From an uncultured Flavobacteriaceae bacterium (GTDB taxonomy: Bacteria > Bacteroidota > Bacteroidia > Flavobacteriales > Flavobacteriaceae), in contig CANKUU010000010.1 in NCBI GenBank assembly GCA_947486785.1, forward strand, positions 61,272 through 125,271: 64,000 nt of DNA. The letters run 5' to 3'. The position numbers and the translations under genes are program-made. Numbering within the stretch: the stretch's first letter is position 1; the number at the start of each line of letters is the position of its first letter. The notes beneath the pieces were generated by a model that searched no databases, was not told where the DNA came from, and was given only the letters and a program-made list of their open reading frames with translations. Shown here piece after piece: positions 48,576 through 59,816 of this stretch.

Positions 48576-51500
48576 TTAACGAATACTATTCTTTTGCATA
48601 AACCCAACTGCTTTAGTGGCCGTCTTCATATCGGCATATCTTGGGTCAGGCACGTAATCTTCTTTTTTCATTTTAATTACTTCAATACTTAAAAACTCAA
48701 ATTCACTGACCACCTTACCATAAAGTCGATACACTCCCCTACCTTTAAATTTATATTTTGCAGCTACTGGAGGAAAAAAAACAGCGTCAAAAACTTTTCC
48801 TTGCTGATCAACCAAAGTAGCAAAATACATGATGTCTCCTTTATGTGTACGTGTATTTTTTACGGTTACGATATAGCCATAAATATCGATATTCTTATTT
48901 AAATATCGCTCTAAATCTTTACTACCATTGTTGTTCTTTGGTTTTTCAACCAATAACTCAAAAGGAGAACACAAACAAAAGCCCAATAGCTCTAACTGTG
49001 TAAAAGCCATCTCTATAGTGGTGGCATGTAATTTTGGTATTTCAAAATTTTGCTGTCTAGGTTTAAACAGCTTAGGATGATCAATTTTCACATTTTTATT
49101 CAGAAATAAATGTGCTTTCCATAAAAGCTCGTGCTTATTAACTTTTGTAAAACGAAATGCATCAATACGAATAAGTATACTAACTTGTTCTATAGATATT
49201 AAGAGCCGGTCTAAAAAATCCTCTAAAGAAAGAAATACTCCATTTTCAATACGCTCACGTATAATACGATCTGCCACACGCACTTCTAATTCTTTCAAAT
49301 AAACAAAACCTAAATACAACTGCTTACCATAAATATGGTTTACAGAAAAACTCTTATTTATACATGGCGGATGTATTTTAGCTCCTAACATTTGAGCCTC
49401 ATGAATATAAAACTCTGCTCGATAAAAGCCACCACCATTATTAAGTACAGCTACCATATATTCTAACGGAAAATAAGCCTTTAAAAATAAGGTCTGATAA
49501 CTTTCAACAGCATAAGAGGCAGAATGCCCTTTTGCAAAAGCATAGCCCGCAAAACTGGCAACTTGACCCCATATTTCAAAAATAAGGGCGTCTTTATACC
49601 CTTTTAATCTACAATTTGAAATAAATTTTTGCTCTACCCTTTCAAACTCTTCTCGCGATCTAAACTTACCACTCATACCTCTACGCAGAACATCAGCCTC
49701 ACCAAGATTAAGACCTGCAAAATGATGCGCTACCTTAATTACATCTTCTTGATATACCATTACCCCGTAAGTCTCTGGCATAATATCAAGCATTACAGGA
49801 TGCGATTTCTGCTGAGCCCTACCCGCATTGCGATGTCGTAAAATATATTCGCGCATCATTCCACTTTTCGCCACTCCGGGTCGAATAATAGAACTTGCAG
49901 CAACCAAACCTAAGTAATTATCAACTGCTAACTTTTTTAAAAGCATACGCATTGCAGGAGATTCTACATAAAAGCAACCCATACATTGTGCGCTTTTAAT
50001 TAATTCATTCACTGCATCATCATTCTTTAATGCATTCACATCATGAATATCGAAGGTTCCTTTTTTTTCAGGTTGATTATATGCAATAATATTTAAGGTG
50101 TCCCAAATTTTTGAAAGCCCACGCTGACCTAATATATCAAATTTATAAAGTCCAACATCTTCAGCGATTACCATATCAAACTGTGTTGTAGGAAAACCTT
50201 TGGGCGGTAAGTGTGTTGCTGAAAACCAATGCAACGGTTTTTCACTAATTAAAATACCCCCGGCATGAATACTCAAATAATTAGGCATACCTTGTAGTAA
50301 TTGGGTGTATTTAACAACTAAAGCAGAAACACCATCTAATCTTGAAGCTTCAAAATTTTTAGCGCAAAGTAGGTCTATCTCATCTTTTGGTAATCCAAAA
50401 ACCTTAGCTAATTCACGAACCAGCCCTTTCCATTTAAAGGTAACATAGGTTCCTAAAAGTGCCACATGTTTAAAACGTTCAAAAATATATTTGGTAATCG
50501 CTGGCCGGTCTAGATGCGAGAAATCAATATCAAAATCTGGTGGATTAACACGATACAAGTTAATAAAGCGCTCAAAATACAAATCTAAATCTATAGGGTC
50601 TACATCTGTAATTCTTAATAAATAAGCAACAATACTATTGGCACCGCTACCTCTACCCACATAAAAAAAGCCGCGTCTAGTAGCTTCAGAAACAATATCC
50701 CAATTAATTAAAAAATACGACACAAAGCCCTTTTCTTTTATCAATTGCAGCTCTTTTTGTAACCGCTTCTCAACTACTTCTCCCCCTAAAGGGTATCGAT
50801 CTGGCAAAGCTGCTCGACAAAGCCTCTCTAACTGTAGTTCATCTTCCTCTTTTGATGTATAATAGGTCTTAAGATTCTGAGGTTGCCTACCTTCTGAAAA
50901 ATTGAAATGAATTACACAAGAATTCATGAGGCGCTCAGTATTTTCTAATATAAAAGAATACTGAGCAAAAGCAGTAGCAAGATTTTCAATCGAAAACATT
51001 TTATCTTCTTCACTAGCTTGGTCTGTTGTTGAAAGCTTACTCAATAAGATATTATTATCTATTGCCCGCAATAATCGATGGGCATTAAAATCGCGTTTAT
51101 TACGAAAAGTTACTGGCTGCTGCACTACCAATTTGTCTTTTAATTTTAATAATCTTGAAAAAGGCAAACGGCGCAAATCGGCAATAGAAATACCTACAAA
51201 CTCATAATCAGCAAACACATACTGCTCATTTTGCAGCACCTTATCAAAAGGATAAATTATAAATGCCTGCTTAAATTTTGGGGCAATTGCAGGAAATATA
51301 TCTTTATGATGCAACTTTTCTGAAAGAAAATTATTTAACTCTAAATAACCTTCATTACTCTTTGCAATACCCACAAAACATTGATCAATACCATTTCTAA
51401 AATCAACACCAAGAATGGGTTTAATTTTAAACTCAAGTGCTTTACGAACAAAATTGAGTCCGGCAGAAGTTGTATTAATATCGGTTAGCGCTAATTGACT

Positions 51501-51590
51501 TACCTTATTTTCTTGAGCCAACTTTAATAATTCAATTTCAGAGAAAGTTCCGTATCGAAGACTGTAGTATGTATGACAATTTAAATACAA
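48576..51590 (-). CDS. dnaE2: Second DNA polymerase III alpha subunit (error-prone DnaE2-type)
   Basis: TTG start; PHP CHTYYS, GRGSGANS, PPDFDIDF, SIHAGG, KFDILGQRGLS, YAFAKGHSASY (DnaE2-like); shorter than DnaE1; follows dinB. Confidence 0.9.
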   Translation of the reverse strand: MYLNCHTYYSLRYGTFSEIELLKLAQENKVSQLALTDINTTSAGLNFVRKALEFKIKPILGVDFRNGIDQCFVGIAKSNEGYLELNNFLSEKLHHKDIFPAIAPKFKQAFIIYPFDKVLQNEQYVFADYEFVGISIADLRRLPFSRLLKLKDKLVVQQPVTFRNKRDFNAHRLLRAIDNNILLSKLSTTDQASEEDKMFSIENLATAFAQYSFILENTERLMNSCVIHFNFSEGRQPQNLKTYYTSKEEDELQLERLCRAALPDRYPLGGEVVEKRLQKELQLIKEKGFVSYFLINWDIVSEATRRGFFYVGRGSGANSIVAYLLRITDVDPIDLDLYFERFINLYRVNPPDFDIDFSHLDRPAITKYIFERFKHVALLGTYVTFKWKGLVRELAKVFGLPKDEIDLLCAKNFEASRLDGVSALVVKYTQLLQGMPNYLSIHAGGILISEKPLHWFSATHLPPKGFPTTQFDMVIAEDVGLYKFDILGQRGLSKIWDTLNIIAYNQPEKKGTFDIHDVNALKNDDAVNELIKSAQCMGCFYVESPAMRMLLKKLAVDNYLGLVAASSIIRPGVAKSGMMREYILRHRNAGRAQQKSHPVMLDIMPETYGVMVYQEDVIKVAHHFAGLNLGEADVLRRGMSGKFRSREEFERVEQKFISNCRLKGYKDALIFEIWGQVASFAGYAFAKGHSASYAVESYQTLFLKAYFPLEYMVAVLNNGGGFYRAEFYIHEAQMLGAKIHPPCINKSFSVNHIYGKQLYLGFVYLKELEVRVADRIIRERIENGVFLSLEDFLDRLLISIEQVSILIRIDAFRFTKVNKHELLWKAHLFLNKNVKIDHPKLFKPRQQNFEIPKLHATTIEMAFTQLELLGFCLCSPFELLVEKPKNNNGSKDLERYLNKNIDIYGYIVTVKNTRTHKGDIMYFATLVDQQGKVFDAVFFPPVAAKYKFKGRGVYRLYGKVVSEFEFLSIEVIKMKKEDYVPDPRYADMKTATKAVGFMQKNSIR

Positions 51591-51649
51591 TATATATTTT
51601 TAATTGATAGTTTTTAGCTAAGGTTAAAGGGTTAAATACGAAATTATTT

Positions 51650-52864
51650 TTATCGCTTTCGGTGAGCCAACACTACAGGCGGTTTTCCATTAAAAGGGTT
51701 ATGCATTCTACCGATAGATTTTGAACCCATTGCAACAGCTCTTAGCACACTTCTATCACCGTAGCGATTTCTAATGGTATCCATTGCATGATAGAGATTT
51801 AACGTTTCTTCTGTGTCTTCAAAAAGATTAATTTGATAATTGCCAGATACCAAATGACTAAATCGAATACCCACCAATCGTACGAGTAAGCGCCTATTAT
51901 ATAAGGCATTAAACAAGCTTAATATTTTTGGTATTAAAATATGATCTGCACTTGTATAGGGTATTCGTAGTTGTTTAGAGTAGGTGTTAAAATCAGAATA
52001 CCGAAGCTTTACCGAAATACAGGCGGTTAACTTTTCGCCTCGTCGTAATTGATAGGCTAAATTTTCTGTCATGGCAATTAATATGCCTTTTAGTTTTACC
52101 ACGTCAATCGTATCACGTTCAAAGGTTCTCTCTGTAGAAATTGACTTTCGCTCACAAAAAGGAATTACAGGTGTATTGTCTATACCATTTGATCTTTTCC
52201 AAATAATTAGACCGTTTTTACCAAGAACACGTTGCATGACATCCATGGGCATTTCTTGAATAGTTTTAACTTGTCGCAACCCTAAATTGCGAAGTATTTG
52301 ATAGGTTTTATCACCCACCATAGGTATCTTTTTTATCGAAAGAGGTGCTAAAAACAGTTTTTCTAAACCCTTATCTACTTTTATCTTATTGTTGGGTTTC
52401 GCCTCACCTGTGGCTACCTTAGAGACCACCTTATTGCATGAAAGACCAAATGAAATAGGCAAACCTGTTTCTTTGATGATACGGTCTCGCATTTCAGAAG
52501 CATATTTATAAGTGCCAAAAAAACGATCCATTCCGGTAAGATCGGCGTAAAATTCATCGATGCTCGATTTCTCGAAAAGAGGCACCTGTTCTTTAATAAT
52601 CTCGGTAACCATATCGGAATGCTTGCTGTAAGTACCTGCATTACCACGAATAACAAAAGCTTCAGGACAAAGTTCTTTTGCCATTCGCATTGGCATACCC
52701 GAATGCACCCCAAAACCACGCGTTTCATAACTACAAGCCGCCACCACACCACGATCTCCCGTACCACCAACTAGTAATGGTTTGTTTTGTAATTCTCTAT
52801 TGAGTAATCGCTCTACAGAAACGTAAAAAGTATCTAAATCGATATGAAGTATCGTTTTACTCAT
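51650..52864 (-). CDS. dinB: DNA polymerase IV (Y-family)
   Basis: HIDLDTFY, AACSYE.R.FG, SIDE (catalytic), EAKPN, SISTERTF, QINLF clamp-type motif. Confidence 0.95.
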   Translation of the reverse strand: MSKTILHIDLDTFYVSVERLLNRELQNKPLLVGGTGDRGVVAACSYETRGFGVHSGMPMRMAKELCPEAFVIRGNAGTYSKHSDMVTEIIKEQVPLFEKSSIDEFYADLTGMDRFFGTYKYASEMRDRIIKETGLPISFGLSCNKVVSKVATGEAKPNNKIKVDKGLEKLFLAPLSIKKIPMVGDKTYQILRNLGLRQVKTIQEMPMDVMQRVLGKNGLIIWKRSNGIDNTPVIPFCERKSISTERTFERDTIDVVKLKGILIAMTENLAYQLRRGEKLTACISVKLRYSDFNTYSKQLRIPYTSADHILIPKILSLFNALYNRRLLVRLVGIRFSHLVSGNYQINLFEDTEETLNLYHAMDTIRNRYGDRSVLRAVAMGSKSIGRMHNPFNGKPPVVLAHRKR

Positions 52865-52898
52865 GAAAAATTTTTAAAAATAGAGACTGCTAATTTAT

Positions 52899-52909
52899 GG
52901 AATAAATCC
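52899..52909. promoter_or_regulatory. GGA-N5-TCC box 1 (Bacteroidetes SOS/LexA-type operator)
   Basis: GGAATAAATCC, 34 bp upstream of the dinB start; matches the motif I recall from Sanchez-Osuna et al. 2021. Confidence 0.75.
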
Positions 52910-52917
52910 ATTAATTA

Positions 52918-52928
52918 GGAAATATTCC
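52918..52928. promoter_or_regulatory. GGA-N5-TCC box 2 (Bacteroidetes SOS/LexA-type operator)
   Basis: GGAAATATTCC, 19 bp after the start of box 1. Confidence 0.75.
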
Positions 52929-53570
52929 AATAAATTATTTTAAAACTAAAATATTGTGTAATGTTCATTAATTTTAACCCAAGCCTCGCTTCGTCTTAGA
53001 TATAGACGGGTCATTTTATTTTCGTGCACGCTAAGTAGATTTTGCAAAAAAAACAACAGCCTAAATAAAGCATACTACTATTAGGCAATTATTCATCAAA
53101 CCAAAAAGAATGAAATTATTACTGTAAAAAAGAAAATCAAAAGTGCTATAAATACCCATATTTGATAGGAGTACTTTATTCAAAAATTAGCGCGTAATGT
53201 ATACCACCAATCAAAATAAGTTGCTTATTTCACCTCTTAAAGAAAGATAATTACCATTCATTTAAATCGCTACTTTATAAAAAATGGCTAGAAAAAACAT
53301 TCCAAAAAAAATGATTAAATACGCAATACTTTTTGTGTCTCTAAATTTAAATTAACAAACAGCTATTGCAATAGGCCTACTGTTTAACGATAACACAGCA
53401 AAATTAAGAAGCAAAGTACTCTTTATACATAATTTTGACAGTACTATCTATATTAAGATTAAAAACCTCTTGCTGTGTTAAGCAATTAAAAATATTCTTT
53501 AAAGCTATATATCTCTACTATTTAGGCTGTTGATTAAGAAGAAAAAAAGTATCTTGATCTAAAAGGTAGT

Positions 53571-54944
53571 TTAAAACTCTCGTACTTTAATACTTTTAAA
53601 AGAAACCTTATCACCATGGTCTTGCAATAAAATTAAGCCCTCTGATAATTGACCAAAATTTTTCCATTTTTCGTACTTACTCTTTTCTACTAAAGCCTTA
53701 AAAATTTGACTATTTCTATCAAATTCTACCACTTTTATATGATTTAGCCAATGTTCAACATGCCCATCTTTAACTACAATACGGGCATTGTTCCACTTTT
53801 CTACACCTTTAAAATTTTTACCTCTAGAACTATCACTATTCTCTGCCCTAATTAAATCATAAAGTGAACCCACAGTTCTGTTACCATTTTTTCCTTTTTT
53901 GGCATCGGGGTGGTTTTTATCATCTAAAATTTGAAATTCTAATCCTATAGCAGAACCTTCGCCTTTATTTAGATCAGAATCTACAAAATATTTTATTCCG
54001 CTATTTGCACCTTCAGTAATTTTAAAGTCTACACTCAACTCAAAATTACTAAATACATCTTCGGTAACAATATCACCACCGTTTGTCGATTCTGCACCTC
54101 CTGAAGATAATACACTTAAAACACCATCCGTTATGTTCCATCCTTTTTCTGGAAATGTTTTCAATTTTGCACCTCTCCATCCGTTCGTAGTTTTTCCATC
54201 CCAAAGCAAACGCCACCCCTTACGTTTTTCATTTCTGGTAAGTGTATTTTTTAAATAACTTATTTCAAGAACTCCCGTATCTACCCGCTTTCTTGATTGT
54301 TCTAAATCGGTAGTTTTTATTCTAATATTTCTCCAGCGTACCGTTTTTCCTTCTAAACTTCTATCATGAATGCTATGTACTTGAAAAGCTATAAAGCCGA
54401 AAGCTGTTGTATCATCTACTAAATTAGCACATTGCACACCATTCACCCAAGTACGAATACTGTTACCAATAGCTTCAATACGGTAATGATTCCATTGCCC
54501 AGGCACAAAAGCATACTGCCCTTTTGGGTTTCTTGATAATGGATACAACCATCCATTACGGGCCTCATCATAAATACCACCTGACCATTTTCTAGCACTT
54601 GTCTCAATTTCACATTGATAACCATGTACACGACCTTTCATATAATCTGAAGTACTTAAACTTCTAAACTGAACACCCGAATTTAAACCATTTTCAACAT
54701 AAACCTCAAATTCTAAAATAAAGTCATCATAAGTTTTCTTTGTGGCCATAAAACTATTTGGGCTACCTATTTTTGATGTGCCAATGAGTTCATTATTCTT
54801 AATTTGAAATTTAGCATCGCCATTTAATTGAACAAAATTTTTCAAATCTTTACCATTAAACAATACCTGCCAATCTTCTTGAGCACAAAGAAAGACACTT
54901 GATAAAAGTACCGTACTGAACAATAGTAGTTGTTGTTTTTTCAT
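53571..54944 (-). CDS. Tandem DUF1080 (3-keto-glycoside hydrolase/eliminase-like) secreted protein
   Basis: Signal peptide; two repeats of LF/W(N/D)GK...NSG...(Y/F)Q...WN..RI...G.I.(F/L)Q.H...V.(W/F)(R/K).I. Confidence 0.88.
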   Translation of the reverse strand: MKKQQLLLFSTVLLSSVFLCAQEDWQVLFNGKDLKNFVQLNGDAKFQIKNNELIGTSKIGSPNSFMATKKTYDDFILEFEVYVENGLNSGVQFRSLSTSDYMKGRVHGYQCEIETSARKWSGGIYDEARNGWLYPLSRNPKGQYAFVPGQWNHYRIEAIGNSIRTWVNGVQCANLVDDTTAFGFIAFQVHSIHDRSLEGKTVRWRNIRIKTTDLEQSRKRVDTGVLEISYLKNTLTRNEKRKGWRLLWDGKTTNGWRGAKLKTFPEKGWNITDGVLSVLSSGGAESTNGGDIVTEDVFSNFELSVDFKITEGANSGIKYFVDSDLNKGEGSAIGLEFQILDDKNHPDAKKGKNGNRTVGSLYDLIRAENSDSSRGKNFKGVEKWNNARIVVKDGHVEHWLNHIKVVEFDRNSQIFKALVEKSKYEKWKNFGQLSEGLILLQDHGDKVSFKSIKVREF

Positions 54945-55013
54945 ATAAAATAGGTGCTAAATTTTTGATTTTTTTAAACTCACCTTTAATTACGTAAAAA
55001 TGTACAAAAAAAA

Positions 55014-55025
55014 TACGTTAACGTA
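55014..55025. promoter_or_regulatory. Palindrome TACGTTAACGTA upstream of DUF1080, candidate operator
   Basis: Perfect 12-bp palindrome 70 bp upstream of the ATG, with a related TTACGTAA at 54990-54997. Confidence 0.4.
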
Positions 55026-55748
55026 ATTAAATAGAAATTACATCTTTTAATGATCTATGTGAGGTGTTTAAAAACAGGACAAACTATTTTAATACAACCC
55101 GATGTAGATTAAGCAATCATCATTTAGAGCACTCACATACCAAAAACAAAATACGCGCTATTTTTGAAAAGAATAAAGAATAACCCCAACATCTTAGATA
55201 TTGAAGCATATAAATTTTAAAATACTATACTGCAATTTTCTTGGATTTTTCTGCGAATATGGCTAGATGCAGTAATTTCATTTAAGTGCATTACATAAAT
55301 ACAACAGTAGATTGCTAAACCGTTTTGACACCAAATAACAGTTAAGATTCTATTGATAATTTTTAAACCAAAAAAACAGGGAATAATAAATTAAATGAAC
55401 GCCTTATCTAATTACTAGTCTTATCCGTTGTTGTGTTAGCACGTTAATCGACTAGAGCAGATTTATAATTTACACCTATTACCAATTTAAAGCTTCTACA
55501 AATTTTCAAATGTATAATACCGCTTTATTATTGATAAAATACTATCGTATTTTAGAATTGTTTTAATGAACAATAGCTTAATTTTGTATAATTATTTTTA
55601 CTATCTCTAGGTATTTAAATTAGCAAAAAATGCCTTATACATCATCATCTTAGAGGCATATAAAACAATTAATTTTAAGTGTTTTTTTAATTTATGTAAG
55701 AAAATACTTATATTAATCATGTGCTAACGGGCCTATGAAACTTCATTT

Positions 55749-56252
55749 ATGAAAAAAAAATCTGCTTTTTACATGCGTATAATTCATCGTAATCTCGGCT
55801 TCTTTTTAGGAGGTATCATGGCGGTTTATGCAATAAGTGGTGTACTTATGATTTTTAGAAATACTGATTTTTTAAAGAAAGAAGTACTTACACAGCGAAA
55901 TGTGCCTCCAAATTTATCAACTGAAGAACTCAGAAGTACGCTAAAATTAAAAGGCACTATAACTACAGAAGATAACCTCTACTTTTTTAAACAAGGTACT
56001 TACGATAAAGAGTCTGGAGTCGCTTTTGTCTCAAAACAAGAACTACCGACGATACTAAAAAAAATGGAAAATTTGCACAAGGCCACAACAGATAGCCCTT
56101 TATATTGGCTAAACATTTTCTTTGGCGTATCATTATTATTTTTTGTAATCTCCGCTTTTTGGATGTTTTTACCTTCAACATCAGCTTTTAAAAAAGGGCT
56201 TTACTTTAGCTTAGCGGGTATTATTTTAACCTTAATTTTACTACTTGTTTAG
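55749..56252 (+). CDS. Small membrane protein, PepSY-associated TM-like
   Basis: IHRNLGFF...YAISG helix, LHK, two C-terminal hydrophobic helices. Confidence 0.65.
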   Translation: MKKKSAFYMRIIHRNLGFFLGGIMAVYAISGVLMIFRNTDFLKKEVLTQRNVPPNLSTEELRSTLKLKGTITTEDNLYFFKQGTYDKESGVAFVSKQELPTILKKMENLHKATTDSPLYWLNIFFGVSLLFFVISAFWMFLPSTSAFKKGLYFSLAGIILTLILLLV

Positions 56253-56278
56253 ACTAAAAATACGTGTTAAAGTGCAAC

Positions 56279-58441
56279 TCACTCGTCAATCAAAATCTCT
56301 AACAACTCAATAGCAGCTTCTCCTATTTTTGTACCTGGTCCAAAAACCGCAATTGCACCTGCATCAAATAAAAATTGATAATCTTGTTTAGGTATTACAC
56401 CACCTACGATAACCATAATATCTTCACGTCCATAATTTTTTAATTCTTGAATTACCGCTGGTACTAAAGTCTTATGACCAGCAGCTAATGAAGAAACACC
56501 CAAAATGTGAACATCATTTTCAACAGCTTGTTTGGCTGTTTCTTTTGGCGTTTGAAACAATGGCCCAATATCAACGTCAAAACCCAAATCAGCATAGCCG
56601 GTCGCCACTACTTTTGCACCTCTATCATGACCATCTTGCCCCATTTTAGCAATCATAATACGCGGTCGTCGCCCTTCTTGTTTTGCGAATTTATCGGTTA
56701 ATTCTTTTGCTTTTTGAAAACTTGAATCGTTTTTTATTTCTTTAGAATACACCCCTGAAAATGAATTAATAATAGCCTTATGCCTTCCAAAAACAAGCTC
56801 TAACGCCGAACTAATCTCGCCCAAAGTTGCCCTTAATCTGGCCGCATTTATAGCTAAAGCTAGTAAATTTTTATCTGCAGACAAATTTTTATCACCCGAT
56901 TCCATTTTCAATTGAGCTGCTTTTGAAAGTGCATTTAATGCTTCATTAACAGCAGCTATATCTCGTTCTTTCTTTAGCTTAGCTAACCTTTCTAATTGCT
57001 GTCGTCGCACTTCTTGATTATCGACTTCAAGAATATGAAGTTCATCTTCTTCATTTAACTGAAACTTATTTACCCCAATAATAACATCTTGTCCGCTATC
57101 AATTCTTGCTTGTTTTCTTGCTGCCGCTTGCTCTATTCTCATTTTGGGTATTCCTGCTTCAATGGCTTTAGTCATTCCACCTAGCTCCTCTACTTCTTGC
57201 ATTAAAGCCCAAGCTTTATTGGCTATTTGAGCTGTTAAATATTCTACGTAATAACTACCTGCCCAAGGGTCGACAGTTTTGGTAATTTGGGTTTCTTCTT
57301 GCAAGAATATTTGTGTTTCTCGAGCAATTCTTGCCGAAAAATCTGTGGGCAATGCAATAGCTTCATCTAATGCATTTGTATGTAAACTTTGAGTTCCTCC
57401 AAAAATGGCCGCTGTAGCCTCAATCGTAGTTCTAGCTACATTATTAAATGGATCTTGCTCTGTCAAACTCCATCCGCTCGTCTGACAATGAGTTCGTAGC
57501 GCCAATGATTTATCATTTTTAGGATTAAATTGCTTAACCAGTTTAGCCCAAAGCATTCTTGCGGCTCGCATTTTAGCAATCTCCATAAAATGGTTCATTC
57601 CAACACCCCAAAAGAAAGATAAACGCGGTGCAAAATTCTCAATTTCGAGCCCTGCTACTAGTCCGGTTTTAATATATTCTAAACCATCTGCAAGGGTATA
57701 GGCTAATTCTATATCTGCAGATGCTCCTGCTTCATGCATATGATATCCTGAAATACTAATACTATTAAATTTTGGCATAAATTTACTAGTATATTCAAAA
57801 ATATCGGCCACCAGTTGCATTGAAGCTTTAGGCGGATAGATATAGGTATTACGTACCATAAACTCCTTTAAAATATCGTTCTGAATCGTACCTGACAACA
57901 TAGAAATATCTACTCCTTGTTCTTCAGCAGCTACGATATAAAACGCCATTATAGGTAATACTGCCCCATTCATGGTCATAGAAACAGACATTTTATCTAA
58001 AGGAATTTCATCAAATAAAACCTTCATATCCTCTACCGAGTCGATAGCAACACCAGCTTTACCCACATCTCCGGTAACGCGCTGATGATCACTGTCATAC
58101 CCTCTATGAGTAGGTAAATCAAAAGCAACTGAGAGCCCTTTTTGGCCACCTTTCAAATTTCTTTTATAAAAAGCGTTACTTTCCTCTGCTGTTGAAAACC
58201 CGGCATATTGTCGAATGGTCCAAGGCCTTCGTACGTACATAGTGGTGTAAGGGCCTCTTAAGTAAGGTGGAATTCCTGCGGCAAAATCAACATGCTTCAC
58301 ATTGTCAAGGTCTTCTTTTACAAAAGATGATTTAAGCGTTATTTTTTCTGCAGTTTCAAAAGAGCGCTCGTTTGGCAACTTAGTACTTGGAGTAAAATTG
58401 GTTTTCACTAATTTTACATCTTGCAATGCTTTCCTACTCAT
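56279..58441 (-). CDS. scpA: Methylmalonyl-CoA mutase, large subunit
   Basis: [59 protein letters not shown]12 motif; ATG 58441 preferred. Confidence 0.97.
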   Translation of the reverse strand: MSRKALQDVKLVKTNFTPSTKLPNERSFETAEKITLKSSFVKEDLDNVKHVDFAAGIPPYLRGPYTTMYVRRPWTIRQYAGFSTAEESNAFYKRNLKGGQKGLSVAFDLPTHRGYDSDHQRVTGDVGKAGVAIDSVEDMKVLFDEIPLDKMSVSMTMNGAVLPIMAFYIVAAEEQGVDISMLSGTIQNDILKEFMVRNTYIYPPKASMQLVADIFEYTSKFMPKFNSISISGYHMHEAGASADIELAYTLADGLEYIKTGLVAGLEIENFAPRLSFFWGVGMNHFMEIAKMRAARMLWAKLVKQFNPKNDKSLALRTHCQTSGWSLTEQDPFNNVARTTIEATAAIFGGTQSLHTNALDEAIALPTDFSARIARETQIFLQEETQITKTVDPWAGSYYVEYLTAQIANKAWALMQEVEELGGMTKAIEAGIPKMRIEQAAARKQARIDSGQDVIIGVNKFQLNEEDELHILEVDNQEVRRQQLERLAKLKKERDIAAVNEALNALSKAAQLKMESGDKNLSADKNLLALAINAARLRATLGEISSALELVFGRHKAIINSFSGVYSKEIKNDSSFQKAKELTDKFAKQEGRRPRIMIAKMGQDGHDRGAKVVATGYADLGFDVDIGPLFQTPKETAKQAVENDVHILGVSSLAAGHKTLVPAVIQELKNYGREDIMVIVGGVIPKQDYQFLFDAGAIAVFGPGTKIGEAAIELLEILIDE

Positions 58442-59804
58442 TTTCAAGTCTTTTTTGTTCTATTTCTTCTGCCAAACGCCTTTCTAAAATTGGTTTAATT
58501 AGTGTTTTTCGAGGTTTAATTTTTAAAAAAGGATATATTTCAATTTCGTCTTTCATTTTATCTGCCTTGTTTTGATACCGATTGGTTCCTATCAAAACAT
58601 CATGCCCTTCATTAAAGCGCACTTGCTGTTTTTGACTACTTTCTTGTATTTTTTTCTGAATTTTATGAGCTTTTAATTCTTTTAAAAATCCACCCGATTT
58701 TTCTATTGATTTAAATAAAAGTAAAGCCTTTTCTGCCAATTGATTGGTAATACTTTCAATGTAATACGCACCATCGGCAGCGTTATCAACTTTATCAAAG
58801 TAGCTTTCGTACTTTAACAAGAGTAATTGATTTAAAGCAATGCGGTTTGCAAACTCATTATCTTTATGGTACAGGCTATCATAAGGAAAATTACAAACAG
58901 TATCTGCTCCACCCAAAACAGCGGACATACACTCTGTGGTTGTTCGCAACATATTGGTATTATAATCATAAAGCACTTTATTTCTTTTGGTAGGATAAGC
59001 AATAATGTGGCAGTTTGCTGTTATTGCATATTCTGCAGCAATACTACGCCATAAAAGGCGTAAGGCCCTAATTTTAGCAATTTCGAAAAAGTAATTTGAC
59101 CCTATAGCTATCTTAAAAGTCATCGAAAAAGAAGCGCTTAAAGTATCTTTAAAAGTATTTAAATACTCATTGGCATGTGCTAAAGCATATGCCAATTGCT
59201 GTATCATATCTGCCCCTGAATTTTGATACAGGCCAAGATCTACACAAAGTAGGTTTTTGACGTTTAAAGCGGTAAGGTCTGTTAGAATTTTAAAATCTAT
59301 CTCTCTATTGTAAAACCAGTTTCCTATTCTGGCCAACTGCCCAATAGGATCTATATTAAAATAAATTTGATGTGAAGAATTACCCGCAAAATTTTGTATT
59401 TCTTGTACATAAGCAGAGGATAAAAATGCAAACTCAAAATAAATAGGTACCTTAGATAATGCTATATCCTTTAAAAGAATTTTGACATTAAGAGTTTCTT
59501 TGGGCATTATAAAATACAAACTTTCTGCCCCACGTTTAAGTTCTTTTAATGCCTTTTCGTTAGCTAATGCCGCATTACCGGCATAAATGGCCTGTGCGGC
59601 ACTCCACCCATTAGTTCTAGTTAAATTGCTTGCGGCCTCAACAGCATCATCGCTATGATAAAAAGGCTTTACTTTAATTCCTTCAGGAGATTCCCAAACT
59701 AAAGTTTTATTATAGTCTGCCCCTTTCAAATCAAATTGTATTTTCTGTTTCCATTCCTTTGAGGAAACAGGTGAAAATTCATCAAATAAAAAAGTCTTAC
59801 TCAT
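58434..59804 (-). CDS. Methylmalonyl-CoA mutase small (beta) subunit, lacking a B12-binding domain
   Basis: [51 protein letters not shown]; no DxHxxG motif. Confidence 0.88.
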   Translation of the reverse strand: MSKTFLFDEFSPVSSKEWKQKIQFDLKGADYNKTLVWESPEGIKVKPFYHSDDAVEAASNLTRTNGWSAAQAIYAGNAALANEKALKELKRGAESLYFIMPKETLNVKILLKDIALSKVPIYFEFAFLSSAYVQEIQNFAGNSSHQIYFNIDPIGQLARIGNWFYNREIDFKILTDLTALNVKNLLCVDLGLYQNSGADMIQQLAYALAHANEYLNTFKDTLSASFSMTFKIAIGSNYFFEIAKIRALRLLWRSIAAEYAITANCHIIAYPTKRNKVLYDYNTNMLRTTTECMSAVLGGADTVCNFPYDSLYHKDNEFANRIALNQLLLLKYESYFDKVDNAADGAYYIESITNQLAEKALLLFKSIEKSGGFLKELKAHKIQKKIQESSQKQQVRFNEGHDVLIGTNRYQNKADKMKDEIEIYPFLKIKPRKTLIKPILERRLAEEIEQKRLENE

Positions 59805-59816
59805 TTAAGATTACTA

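Noticed and set aside
53363-53374. Palindrome CTATTGCAATAG (and AAAATAC-N4-GTATTTT at 55536-55553)
   Set aside because: Short and AT-rich, not placed at a clear promoter; expected by chance.
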